This document shows, piece after piece, positions 20,133 to 28,866 of a stretch of 64,000 nucleotides of DNA. Below the pieces are notes generated by a model, which was given only the letters and a program-made list of their open reading frames with translations, did not search any database and was not told the origin of the DNA. A program made the translations under genes and the position numbers. Location: assembly GCF_024700885.2 (NCBI RefSeq), contig NZ_CP117016.1; one strand, given 5' to 3'. Origin of the DNA: Escherichia coli. GTDB taxonomy: Bacteria > Pseudomonadota > Gammaproteobacteria > Enterobacterales > Enterobacteriaceae. Each line of letters starts with the position of its first letter. Within the stretch, counting starts at the first letter, position 1.

Positions 20133-20705
20133 TTACATTTCAGGTTGCGTTATGACAGTCCCAACAGGGTGATAGCGGTAGATCGTTGACAGTCCAATAT
20201 CATAGATAATTGCCAGCCGCTTTCTGTCATACCCTTTCTGGAGCAATCTTGCGATCTGCTCATGCTGCTCCTTCGTCAGTTTCGGGCGACGTCCTCCAAC
20301 TCTTCCTTGTGCTCGCGCAGCAGCCAGTCCAGCCAGCGTGCGCTCAACTATCAGTTCACGCTCCATTTCTGCCAGTGCACCCATCATATGAAAAAAGAAC
20401 CTTCCCATCGGAGTGCTGGTATCGATTGAATCCGTCAGACTGCGAAAATTGACACCTTTTGCGCGTAGCTCTTCTGTGAGAGCAATGAGGTGTTTCATTC
20501 TTCTACCCAACCGATCCAGCTTCCAGACCACCAATGTATCCCCTCTTTTAAGGCACTTTAAAGCGCGTTTCAGGCCTGGTCGTTCCGACTTGGTTCCGCT
20601 CATTTTGTCCTCAAAAATCTGTTCACATCCTGCGCACATTAATGCATTGCGTTGCAAATCTGTGTTTTGGTCATTTGTTGACACACGTATGTAGCCAATC
20701 AGCAT
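20133..20705 (-). CDS. Gin/Pin/Cin/Hin-family serine DNA invertase
   Basis: MLIGYIRVSTNDQNTDLQRNALMCAGCEQIFEDKMSGTKSERPGLKRALKCLKRGDTLVVWKLDRLGR... is near-identical in pattern to Mu Gin. Start taken at ATG 20705. Confidence 0.92.
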   Translation of the reverse strand: MLIGYIRVSTNDQNTDLQRNALMCAGCEQIFEDKMSGTKSERPGLKRALKCLKRGDTLVVWKLDRLGRRMKHLIALTEELRAKGVNFRSLTDSIDTSTPMGRFFFHMMGALAEMERELIVERTLAGLAAARAQGRVGGRRPKLTKEQHEQIARLLQKGYDRKRLAIIYDIGLSTIYRYHPVGTVITQPEM

Positions 20706-20759
20706 TAAAAATACTCCCTTTTGAGTGGTTAAAGTACTGAGATAATGTGGGGAGGATTT

Positions 20760-20785
20760 GAGAGATAAACGTTGGTTTGGGGGAA
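20760..20785 (+). other. invertase crossover site A (gix/hix-like, 26 bp)
   Basis: GAGAGATAAACG-TT-GGTTTGGGGGAA. The right half-site is shared with sites B and C. It is in inverted orientation relative to site C. Confidence 0.7.
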
Positions 20786-21205
20786 GGCTCGGCGCTGCCC
20801 GTTGGTGTACCTGTTCCGTGGCCCACTGCCACACCGCCAGCAGGCTGGTTAAAGTGCGACGGGCGCGCCTTTACAAAAGAACAATATCCTGTTCTGGCCA
20901 GAGTCTACCCGACCCTCCGTCTTCCCGATTTGCGCGGTGAGTTTATCCGTGGATGGGACGACGGGCGAAAAGTGGATACAGGGCGCGATCTGCTTTCACG
21001 GCAGGATGGTACAAGTTTTTCTCATTACGCAGGTAATTTTGACATTGGGTCTGGTCATTCAATCAATAACTATGACCAAATCCTTGACAACCAACCTGGA
21101 TTCTCCCGTTTTTCATTTGCAGGTCCTTCGCGAGGCGATGGGGTTAATTATGTGACCATTCGTCCCCGTAACATTGCGTTTAATTACATCGTAAGGGCGG
21201 CATAG
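20777..21205 (+). other. silent alternative tail-fibre C-terminal cassette A (no start codon or promoter of its own)
   Basis: In frame from the crossover site: LGEGSALPVGVPVPWPTATPPAGWLKCDGRAFTKEQYPVLARVYPTLRLPDLRGEFIRGWDDGRKVDTGR (tail-collar-type motif), then a unique end ...RPRNIAFNYIVRAA*. The frame is closed upstream by TGA at 20759-61. The first ~200 nt are nearly identical to the inverted segment 22600-22815. Confidence 0.8.
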
Positions 21206-21224
21206 AAACGTTGGTTTGGGGGAA
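21199..21224 (+). other. invertase crossover site B (gix/hix-like, 26 bp)
   Basis: GGCATAGAAACG-TT-GGTTTGGGGGAA. Direct repeat of site A, inverted relative to site C. Confidence 0.7.
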
Positions 21225-21677
21225 GGCTCTGCATTGCCTGTTGGTGTACCGGTTCCATGGCCCACCGCCACACCGCCAGCAGGCTGGTTACAGTGCAACG
21301 GAGCTACGTTCACCAAAGAACAATATCCTGTTCTGGCCAGAGTCTACCCGACCCTCCGTCTTCCCGATTTGCGCGGTGAGTTTATCCGTGGATGGGACGG
21401 TGGTCGCAAGGTTGATACCGGGCGTGCGCTACTTTCATTTCAGGAAGGGACTATCGTATCCGGTTTTGATGATAATGATACCGGAGATATCAGTTCGCTC
21501 GGCTCTACACAATACGGATTTGGTGACGCTTTAACCTCTAATCAACTGGGGGTCTTAAATGGCAAAAAGTGGATATTTGATGCATCCTCTAAAGGTGCAC
21601 AAAGATATGACTGGTGGGCTTATGTATCAGCTCGCCCCCGCAATATCGCATTTAACTATATCGTGAGGGCGGCGTGA
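21216..21677 (+). other. silent alternative tail-fibre C-terminal cassette B
   Basis: GEGSALPVGVPVPWPTATPPAGWLQCNGATFTKEQYPVLARVYPTLRLPDLRGEFIRGWDGGRKVDTGR..., with a different distal part, ending ...RPRNIAFNYIVRAA*. Confidence 0.8.
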
Positions 21678-21683
21678 TACCGT

Positions 21684-22298
21684 TCAGCCGGCAAGCGCCA
21701 GTGGCGCTTCCGGCCAGCTGATTTCAGGTGCCTTGCTGATATCCAGTGCGTTCAGCTCGTCGATATAATCCAGCACGGCGTTCAGTTTTGCCGTTTCTTC
21801 TGGTTTCAGACTGCGACCAGCACGCAGTTTGAGGTTGATAAGATCGACGGACGCCATCGCCTGTTTCACCCGTTGCTGGCGTTGCTGTCTGGCAACCTCC
21901 AGTTCTGCGGCTCGCTGCCGTTCAGTATCGGTTACCCACGCCTCACCGTTCCAGGTATCCCATGGCGTGGCTGGCTGTTTTGTGGTGGTGTCCGCCGGGT
22001 AATCACCCGGTTGGGTAATCAGAACGGGGTTACCGTTCTCCGTGCTGTATACCGTCTCGCCGCGGTGATCAGGCACATGCTCCCACCCGTTCAGCGTGGC
22101 AGTCCGGCAAACCACGTAACCCGAAATTGCTTCCGGCGGTGCATCGGCGCACGAATGTGCCGGAGTACCCACCCCAAGGGCGAGATACTCCACAGAGGAT
22201 GAGGTGTATTCCCGGGTTTCCTCGTCATAGTGATATACAGTGATATCGCCCGCTACAGTGGCGATACCGTTTTCATCCAGAACTGCAGTGTTACTCAT
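21684..22298 (-). CDS. tail fibre assembly (chaperone) protein
   Basis: 204 aa. The ATG overlaps the fibre stop (TAATG). ...GWEHVPDHRGETVYSTENG...WNGEAWVTD...ISWPEAP is the usual Tfa/gpG/U pattern. Confidence 0.85.
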   Translation of the reverse strand: MSNTAVLDENGIATVAGDITVYHYDEETREYTSSSVEYLALGVGTPAHSCADAPPEAISGYVVCRTATLNGWEHVPDHRGETVYSTENGNPVLITQPGDYPADTTTKQPATPWDTWNGEAWVTDTERQRAAELEVARQQRQQRVKQAMASVDLINLKLRAGRSLKPEETAKLNAVLDYIDELNALDISKAPEISWPEAPLALAG

Positions 22299-23971
22299 TA
22301 AACTGCCCTCACAATGTAATTAAGTGCAATGCTACGGGGTCTGACAGTGATACCCTTCGCATACCCGCTTCTGATAGAGGTCAGAATAGTAGCCTGCATA
22401 CCATTGTCTGACATTGCCACGACAGGATCGCTGAATGTTGTCCCGTCCGGCATTTTAAAGCTGCCCTCACGAAGGTCTGTAATGGAATCTTCATTGTTGA
22501 ATCCCATGCCGACTATCCCCGAGGTTCCCGTAGTGTCCTGGTTATAATAATCCAGCATTGCTGTTCTTAACAGCGTTGCCCCTTGTGCGGACAGCAACTT
22601 ACGTCCTGTATCAACTTTGCGCCCGTCGTCCCATCCACGGATAAACTCACCGCGTAAATCGGGAAGACGGAGGGTCGGGTAGACTCTGGCCAGAACAGGA
22701 TATTGTTCTTTTGTAAAGGCGCGCCCGTCGCACTTTAACCAGCCTGCTGGCGGTGTGGCGGTGGGCCACGGAACAGGCACACCAACGGGTAGCGCCGAGC
22801 CTTCTCCTAAACCAAGGTAATTGAGGACATCTTTTATACTGCCCTTAGCGATAATAGCGCGACCAATAGCTGTAAGGGTTGCCAGCTCTGCGCGGTCTGC
22901 TCCGGTAAAATAAGGCAACCGATCTGCTGCAGTGGCAAGTCCTGCCAGAGCAGTGAGCGTGGCATCTGCCGGTTGTTTTCCGTTTGCCAGATCGTATGCA
23001 GCCTTGACCGCTTTCGGTGTGGCGGCCAGTATTTCAGACGTGCTGTTGATGGCACTGCTCAATTGTACGGTGCCTTTTGCCGTCAGCGAGGCAGCAGGCA
23101 CTCCCGTTATCTGACTCCACGGGTGAGTGTGGCTGACGGGCGCCTTGCCGGCTGCAAGGTCGTATGCAGCCTTGACCGCCTTCGGCGTGGCAGCCTCAGT
23201 TTCTGATTGACTGTCCGTGGCGCTGCTCAGTTGTACGGTGCCTTTTGCCGTCAGCGAGGCAGCAGGCACTCCCGTTATCTGACTCCACGGGTGAGTGTGG
23301 CTGACGGGCGCCTTGCCGGCTGCAAGGTCGTATGCAGCCTTGACGGCCTTTGGTGTGGCGGCCAGCGTTTCAGAGGTGCTGTTGGTGTCACTGCTCAATT
23401 GTACGGTGCCTTTTGCCGTCAGCGAGGCAGCAGGCACTCCCGTTATCTGACTCCACGGGTGAGTGTGGCTGACGGGCGCCTTGCCGGCTGCAAGGTCGTA
23501 TGCAGCCTTGACCGCCTTCGGCGTGGCAGCCTCAGTTTCTGATTGACTGTCCGTGGCGCTGCTCAGTTGTACGGTGCCTTTTGCCGTCAGCGAGGCAGCA
23601 GGCACTCCCGTTATCTGACTCCACGGGTGAGTATGGCTGACGGGGGCCTTGCCGGCAGCCAGGTCATATGCAGCCTTGACGGCCTTTGGTGTGGCGGCCA
23701 GCGTTTCAGAGGTGCTGTTGGTGGCACTGCTCAGTTGGGTGAACCCCTTAGCTGTCAGTGTCGCGTCCGGGTGGTTACGGGAACGTACGTGTTCAGCCAG
23801 TGACTGTGCGGCTTCCTCCGTTTTTTTCTTCAGCCATTTCGTCCTGTTTGCCAGTTGCCGGGGGGCTCGATTTGATATCCCGTCTGCACCACCCAGAACC
23901 GGATCTGATGTCTCCAGTTGATAGATATTTTCTTCCCACTTTTCTGTTTCATTCAGGTTTCCCATAATCAA
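22298..23971 (-). CDS. tail fibre protein (constant N-terminal part + currently expressed C-terminal cassette C)
   Basis: 557 aa with repeated TAKGTVQLSSAT.S.SET.AATPKAVKAAYDLA fibre repeats. The C-terminal 168 aa follow crossover site C, starting LGEGSALPVGVPVPWPTATPPAGWLKCDG... and ending ...RPRSIALNYIVRAV*. Confidence 0.9.
   Translation of the reverse strand: MIMGNLNETEKWEENIYQLETSDPVLGGADGISNRAPRQLANRTKWLKKKTEEAAQSLAEHVRSRNHPDATLTAKGFTQLSSATNSTSETLAATPKAVKAAYDLAAGKAPVSHTHPWSQITGVPAASLTAKGTVQLSSATDSQSETEAATPKAVKAAYDLAAGKAPVSHTHPWSQITGVPAASLTAKGTVQLSSDTNSTSETLAATPKAVKAAYDLAAGKAPVSHTHPWSQITGVPAASLTAKGTVQLSSATDSQSETEAATPKAVKAAYDLAAGKAPVSHTHPWSQITGVPAASLTAKGTVQLSSAINSTSEILAATPKAVKAAYDLANGKQPADATLTALAGLATAADRLPYFTGADRAELATLTAIGRAIIAKGSIKDVLNYLGLGEGSALPVGVPVPWPTATPPAGWLKCDGRAFTKEQYPVLARVYPTLRLPDLRGEFIRGWDDGRKVDTGRKLLSAQGATLLRTAMLDYYNQDTTGTSGIVGMGFNNEDSITDLREGSFKMPDGTTFSDPVVAMSDNGMQATILTSIRSGYAKGITVRPRSIALNYIVRAV
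22802..22827 (+). other. invertase crossover site C (gix/hix-like, 26 bp) inside the expressed fibre gene
   Basis: TTCTCCTAAACC-AA-GGTAATTGAGGA. Compare the remembered gix sequence TTCCTGTAAACC-GA-GGTTTTGGATAA. Confidence 0.7.
22985..23755 (-). repeat. in-frame tandem repeats in tail fibre gene (168-nt unit, 336-nt higher-order unit, ~4.6 copies)
   Basis: The 56-aa unit TAKGTVQLSSATDSQSETEAATPKAVKAAYDLAAGKAPVSHTHPWSQITGVPAASL alternates with a ...SSDTNSTSETLAAT... variant. Long stretches are nucleotide-identical (e.g. 23207-23542 versus the following 336 nt). Confidence 0.9.
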
Positions 23972-24546
23972 CTGCTCCCGTGGTTATAACTGCCATCATG
24001 GATGGCGGTATTGTTATAGCGAATGGCCACAGACTGATACTCCAGGCTGGCCAGATGGCAGCGGGCCGGTGCAAATGCAGCGAGCGTCTGACGCAGCATC
24101 GCGGCCTGATCGTTAGTAATGGGCTGTTTCAGAATAACGCGATAAACTGCCCAAGCGGCTGCATCTCCATGAACAAACAGTCCGTTATAGCTGCGATTGC
24201 CGTCGTAACTGAGACGACCTGTGCCTTCAATCAGATCCACTTCACCAAAGCCAAAACGGCGGATAACTTCCCGGATTGACCACGGCGTCCCTTTATACCG
24301 GTGCAGTTCGATGGCTGCTTTTATAAGCATGCGGCGAACATCGTCCGATTCCGCCAGCTCCCAGCCATCGCCAGACAGTGAGAACTGCTCGCCCAGCCAT
24401 GGCAGCGCGGAACTGTCGACGATATCGACGAGAAAGACCATCAGTACGCTCAGGTCGATGTTATCCAGCCGTCCTGCCAGTCTTCCCAGCGTCCTGAGAC
24501 TGATATCACCCTCAAGCGGTGGCGGGAGTTGTAATGGCTCAGTCAT
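23968..24546 (-). CDS. P2 gpI-like baseplate/tail protein
   Basis: 192 aa ...ALPWLGEQFSLSGDGWELAESDDVRRMLIKAAIELHRYKGTPWSIREVIRRFGFGEV..., the typical tail protein I pattern. It lies between the J-like gene and the fibre gene. Confidence 0.8.
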   Translation of the reverse strand: MTEPLQLPPPLEGDISLRTLGRLAGRLDNIDLSVLMVFLVDIVDSSALPWLGEQFSLSGDGWELAESDDVRRMLIKAAIELHRYKGTPWSIREVIRRFGFGEVDLIEGTGRLSYDGNRSYNGLFVHGDAAAWAVYRVILKQPITNDQAAMLRQTLAAFAPARCHLASLEYQSVAIRYNNTAIHDGSYNHGSS

Positions 24547-25642
24547 CAGACACTCCAGTCATGTTAAGAGTGATTGCCGTACAGTTTGCCCATTCGTTTT
24601 CTGCCACCACCCGCAGTGCCGGTGTCACCAGTTCAACCTGGTACACCCCGGAAACGGACAATGCACTGATAATCTGGCTGGGGACAATATCGCGCCCCAG
24701 CGTGGCGGCACGTGATGCCACCCAGTTCTGTATGGCGCTGTTAGCGGCATCTTTTACAGACCTGGCATCCTGATCACGATAGATCGTAATCTTGGCTTCA
24801 ATGGTGTAATCCACCTTCACTGGTGTTTTAGCCCGCACTGTATCAGTGAGTGGCCTGACTTTCTCATCAGAGCAGAAACTCTCTACCAGCGTGAGAACAC
24901 CGCCGTCCGGCAGACCGGTACTGAGCAGCGGATACAGATCTACGGTCCCGGGAACCGGGGAAAGCACAGCAACATCGACAATGTTGGGATGGGCCTGCAT
25001 GGCATGAAAGCGGTATGCGCCACGGCTTCCGGCATTGGTGAATGACTCCGGGGCCAGCCTGATACGCTCCCGGAGCCTGTCATCGTCTTCCTGTTCTGAA
25101 CCGCCGGAACTGGCCGTCAGATTGCTCACCAGCAGGTCGACGTTATCAATCTCATCGAGTAACTGACTGACCTGCGCAGGTTGCCAGCCGTTACCAGCGG
25201 TACCGGGTTCGGTACAGGTGGACGTGACATTGACCAGCAGCAATCCGGCCTTCAGTACCACATCTGTATCGGTGGCAAAAATAACGCTGTCGGAAGCGCT
25301 GACGCGGGTGCCTGCCGGGATCAGCACATCAATGGCCAGTGCCTCATCTACGGAGAACTGGAGCGTGGTAGTGGCAGGCTGCGCGGCAAGACGGTATACA
25401 CCGACCAGTTCACCGAGGTAATCAATCATCGGCTCACGGGCAAAGGCGACCAGATTCTGCTTTGCTGCCTCCTGTACCGCAACCCTGACCAGCATTTCGC
25501 GATAGGCCCACAGATCAATCAGCAGACGTTCTGCCTGTGCCGGGTACAGCGTTTTGCCGGTATCCGCTTCATACTTCGCAATCATTTCTGCCGTGATTTT
25601 GTCGGCATCGCGTTCAATAAAATCGGGTTCTGTCAGCGCCAT
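24539..25642 (-). CDS. baseplate J-like protein
   Basis: 367 aa in the position between the W/gp25-like and I-like genes. ...FTNAGSRGAYRFHAMQAHPNIVDVAV... is typical of gpJ. Confidence 0.8.
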   Translation of the reverse strand: MALTEPDFIERDADKITAEMIAKYEADTGKTLYPAQAERLLIDLWAYREMLVRVAVQEAAKQNLVAFAREPMIDYLGELVGVYRLAAQPATTTLQFSVDEALAIDVLIPAGTRVSASDSVIFATDTDVVLKAGLLLVNVTSTCTEPGTAGNGWQPAQVSQLLDEIDNVDLLVSNLTASSGGSEQEDDDRLRERIRLAPESFTNAGSRGAYRFHAMQAHPNIVDVAVLSPVPGTVDLYPLLSTGLPDGGVLTLVESFCSDEKVRPLTDTVRAKTPVKVDYTIEAKITIYRDQDARSVKDAANSAIQNWVASRAATLGRDIVPSQIISALSVSGVYQVELVTPALRVVAENEWANCTAITLNMTGVSDD

Positions 25643-25980
25643 AGCAGCTCCTGAGTCCGGGTCTGTCCGTCTGAGCCTTTCCAGCTCACCCGGAGCGTAA
25701 GATGTTCGCCGTCGACGGCGGGTTTAACTGACATAAGCTGGCAGCGGGGCTCCCAGCGCCGGATGGCATCGACGGATTCGCGCACCACATGCGGAATGGC
25801 CCGGTCTACAGGCCAGTCGATATAAAGATGCAGATTGCTGCCGAACTCCGGGCGATGCGGGTCGCTGCCGCGGGGAGTCCGCAGGATAATTTGAATCGCC
25901 TGCCGGATATCATCCAGCCCCCGGACAATTTCGCCGGGAGCCTGCAGGGTCGGTTGCCAGAATACTGAGGTTGTTTTCAT
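25633..25980 (-). CDS. GPW/gp25-family baseplate protein
   Basis: 115 aa ...IRQAIQIILRTPRGSDPHRPEFGSNLHLYIDWPVD... Confidence 0.8.
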   Translation of the reverse strand: MKTTSVFWQPTLQAPGEIVRGLDDIRQAIQIILRTPRGSDPHRPEFGSNLHLYIDWPVDRAIPHVVRESVDAIRRWEPRCQLMSVKPAVDGEHLTLRVSWKGSDGQTRTQELLWR

Positions 25981-26034
25981 GGGGGCAGTATTGCCCCCGT
26001 GCGGGAACGCTGATATTAAAGGCGTTTAAAAAGC

Positions 26035-26631
26035 TCAGTGGGAGTGGTGGCTGGAGTTTTCGCCATCAGACAACATACTGCCCGTGGCATGGGCATTCCC
26101 TTTAATCTCGATATTGCCATGGATGGTCGCGGTAACACCTTCACCACCAGAACCCGCCATGCCTCCTTCGTAAATCAGCTTACCCCTGACACGCAGATCT
26201 CCGGTAAGTTCGGTTTCCGGTGCGTCAATCGTGGCTTTCTGTGTTTTCAATACCACATCAGCACCACACTCAATGACAATATGCTCAATGCCGCCCCGGA
26301 TGGTCAGAGTGTGCGTCTTCCGGTTGTAGCTGTACTCTGCACCATCAGCAAACCGGGTTCCCCGGATATTTTTGTCACTGAACGGTGGTTTATCGACGTC
26401 TGAATACACCGCGCCCAGAATAACACCATCCTCGCCGTTGGCATCGAGCAGCACCTCAACCTGCTCCCCCACGTCAGGGAGCCAGTAATCTTTGTTATCC
26501 TGGGTATTGCGCTGCAGCACGTTAAGCCAGTTTGTGCGCAGGTTATCGCATTCAGGCAGACGAACGCGGGCCTGAACCCTGTCGGCATCAACGGCACTGA
26601 CCGTACCGACCTGACGAGTGACACCAGTCAT
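26035..26631 (-). CDS. baseplate assembly protein V (spike)
   Basis: MTGVTRQVGTVSAVDADRVQARVRLPECDNLRTNWLNVLQRNTQDNKDYWLPDVGEQVEVLLDANGEDGVILGAVYS... Confidence 0.8.
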   Translation of the reverse strand: MTGVTRQVGTVSAVDADRVQARVRLPECDNLRTNWLNVLQRNTQDNKDYWLPDVGEQVEVLLDANGEDGVILGAVYSDVDKPPFSDKNIRGTRFADGAEYSYNRKTHTLTIRGGIEHIVIECGADVVLKTQKATIDAPETELTGDLRVRGKLIYEGGMAGSGGEGVTATIHGNIEIKGNAHATGSMLSDGENSSHHSH

Positions 26632-27782
26632 TTTTTCTTCTCCTTAATCACCGTCGATGTACTGCCATCCGGGTGATAAACCGTGAGTTTCTGAGTTTTT
26701 TGTTTTTTCCCTCTTGTGACTGGCCCCCGTGCCACTTCCAGCTCTGTGGTGTAGCCGCTGTTACGGTCAAACGCATGGCGGGCAGTGGTTATGAGCCATG
26801 GCCCGGATAACTGCCCAAAACCCACCAGTTCAATTTTGTTGCCTGCTGTCAGTTGAGGTGTTCCCGTCAGCGTCAGGGAGCCGTTCTGCTGGTATTCGTT
26901 ATGTCTGGCCAGTGCTGAATCCGCTTTAATCCGGGCACTGTCCGGGTCGCTGACGCGGCTGTTAACTTTAAGTGAGTCAGCGCTGGTAACCTTACCACCT
27001 TTGAGCTTTTTGTCGCTTTCACGGGTACCACCATCAGCTTCGTAGACGATCAGTTTTTTACTGCTGCTTTTCTGGTGTTTTACCTTTGCAGATTTATAGA
27101 CCCGGTTGATGGTGTCACGCAGGGAAAAGCGGGCCACATCCTGCGGTTTTAACTGCCTGACCGGCTCCTGACTGCGCAGTGTGGCCAGATGAGAAAAAAT
27201 CAGCTGGTCACTGACCACTTTCACTGCATAACCATACTCGCTGGCCAGCCGGCGCAGAAAACCCACGTCGGTTTCAGCATACTGGGTCACCCGGTCGATT
27301 CTGATGGACTCAATGCTGCCCACCAGTTTCAGTCGGTGCTTTCTGGCAATCCGCCCCGCAACAGCTGCCAGCGTGGTGTTCTCAAAACCACGACTGGTTT
27401 TAGTCCGCAGGGCACTGTTAACCGAGGTGGCCACCCCACGGATAGAAACAACGGAAGCGGGCGAACTCACTTCGATCTCGTCTATAGAGAACGTACCGCA
27501 GGACAGCAGCTTCTCGCCCTGATAGCCCATTTTCAGCGTCAGCGTGTCACCCTTGCCCGGATACCATTTATCCAGCCAGCGGCCATCGGTGTCGTCCAGC
27601 TCCACCTCAATGGTATCGGACTCATTTTTGATGTTATCGCTCCAGGTCACACGGGTGACATAAGGCGCGATATCAGAGGTGATGTTTTTCTGCAGATACC
27701 ACAAAGTGAACACCGGTGTCAGCACATCGCTGACGCCGGTTAACGCTGATGTGACTTGCGCAGTGCTGTTTATCTCAGCCAT
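26628..27782 (-). CDS. late control D-like / baseplate hub protein (Mu gp44-like)
   Basis: 384 aa, in the conserved position between the X-like and V-like genes. Assignment by position and general resemblance. Confidence 0.7.
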   Translation of the reverse strand: MAEINSTAQVTSALTGVSDVLTPVFTLWYLQKNITSDIAPYVTRVTWSDNIKNESDTIEVELDDTDGRWLDKWYPGKGDTLTLKMGYQGEKLLSCGTFSIDEIEVSSPASVVSIRGVATSVNSALRTKTSRGFENTTLAAVAGRIARKHRLKLVGSIESIRIDRVTQYAETDVGFLRRLASEYGYAVKVVSDQLIFSHLATLRSQEPVRQLKPQDVARFSLRDTINRVYKSAKVKHQKSSSKKLIVYEADGGTRESDKKLKGGKVTSADSLKVNSRVSDPDSARIKADSALARHNEYQQNGSLTLTGTPQLTAGNKIELVGFGQLSGPWLITTARHAFDRNSGYTTELEVARGPVTRGKKQKTQKLTVYHPDGSTSTVIKEKKK

Positions 27783-27985
27783 GGGGCAATATCCTCTTCT
27801 GTACGGGCTTCTTCAGCCTCAATCACCGGGATCAGTAACAACAGCCCGGAGGGCAGCACCGGCGTGATGGCCACGTGCGGATTGGCGGCAATAATCCGGG
27901 GATAGCCCAGCGGGTCACCGTAGTACTGCCATGCCAGCGAATCCCAGCGCTCTCCGTCACGGGTAACATGTTCAAGAAACATCAC
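27770..27985 (-). CDS. tail protein X (LysM-like)
   Basis: 71 aa ...GERWDSLAWQYYGDPLGYPRIIAANPHV... Confidence 0.75.
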   Translation of the reverse strand: MMFLEHVTRDGERWDSLAWQYYGDPLGYPRIIAANPHVAITPVLPSGLLLLIPVIEAEEARTEEDIAPWLR

Positions 27986-28866
27986 ACACTCCTCGTCAGT
28001 ATTCTGGCGGCCATTGCACTTAATTCCGGAGACATGCGGTTGAATGCTGTGCCGGCGGCGTTAAGCTGCCCGGAAACGGTATCCAGAGCACCTGCAATAT
28101 TTCTTTTGTCCACACCACTCAGCGCAGACTGTGCCTGCTGTACATACGTGGCTGCTTCGCTGGCTGTTCTGGCCAGACTGATGGCATCGGGCATGGATTC
28201 AGAGAGTGCGTTAAACGCCGGAACACTTTTCCCCAGAGCCCCGGAGATATTACCCAGTCCGCTCATCAGCCCCGGCACACGGGTCAGTGCGACAACGGGG
28301 TTATCCTTCATTTTCTGTGTCACCCGAACGGCGCTGATAGTGGTCTGGAGTACAGACTGCGCCTGTTTCGCATAGTTGACGCCGTTGCGGATGAACTGCG
28401 CCACCCCTGAAGGTGAAGGTATGGCACCGGAGACCGCCCCGACACCCGGGAGCTTCGTGCGTATTGCCGGTGGTTGCAGAGGATTTTTCGGGTCACCGGT
28501 GTATTCCCGGAGAGACACGGTGGCACTGACAGCCAGCACGTTGCCGGTACTGTCAGTCTGCTCGCTGGTTGCAGTCACATCGGTAATCACGAACCAGCCG
28601 CGATAGTCACCGTTGCCGAAGACCAGCGCCAGTGCCTGATGGGCTTTCATGGCTGTTCGCAGTCTCGCCAGCTCCACATCGGGTACACAATAATGCTGAT
28701 GGAAAACCAGAGTTATCTGGATTTCGTCCAGCCTGTCGCCGACGAACTGCAGGCCAGGCTTACCCCCGATGCGGGCATGCTCCGCATAATCGACGCCGAA
28801 CGTGGCCTCGAAGCCGTCCCAGTAGGTAATCAGCTCAAACTCAATATCACCCAGTACGGCAAACAT
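27982..28866 (-). CDS. GpU-like tail protein with C-terminal extension
   Basis: N-terminal MFAVLGDIEFELITYWDGFEATFGVDYAEHARIGGKPGLQFVGDRLDEIQITLVFH... resembles P2 gpU. It directly follows the tape measure gene. Confidence 0.6.
   Translation of the reverse strand: MFAVLGDIEFELITYWDGFEATFGVDYAEHARIGGKPGLQFVGDRLDEIQITLVFHQHYCVPDVELARLRTAMKAHQALALVFGNGDYRGWFVITDVTATSEQTDSTGNVLAVSATVSLREYTGDPKNPLQPPAIRTKLPGVGAVSGAIPSPSGVAQFIRNGVNYAKQAQSVLQTTISAVRVTQKMKDNPVVALTRVPGLMSGLGNISGALGKSVPAFNALSESMPDAISLARTASEAATYVQQAQSALSGVDKRNIAGALDTVSGQLNAAGTAFNRMSPELSAMAARILTRSV

Noticed and set aside
20706-20834. 43-codon N-terminal extension of the invertase ORF
   Set aside because: Serine invertases start MLIGY.RVST. 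The extension runs through crossover site A and cassette A on the opposite strand.
22985-23755. Possible CRISPR-like or satellite array suggested by regular repeats
   Set aside because: The units are 168 nt, contiguous, lack unique spacers, and are all in frame within the tail fibre gene.
22932-23967. Series of plus-strand ORFs with repeated sequence (e.g. 23207-23542 and 23543-23803)
   Set aside because: They repeat only because they are the antisense of the in-frame fibre repeats. The minus-strand fibre protein has the recognisable motifs.
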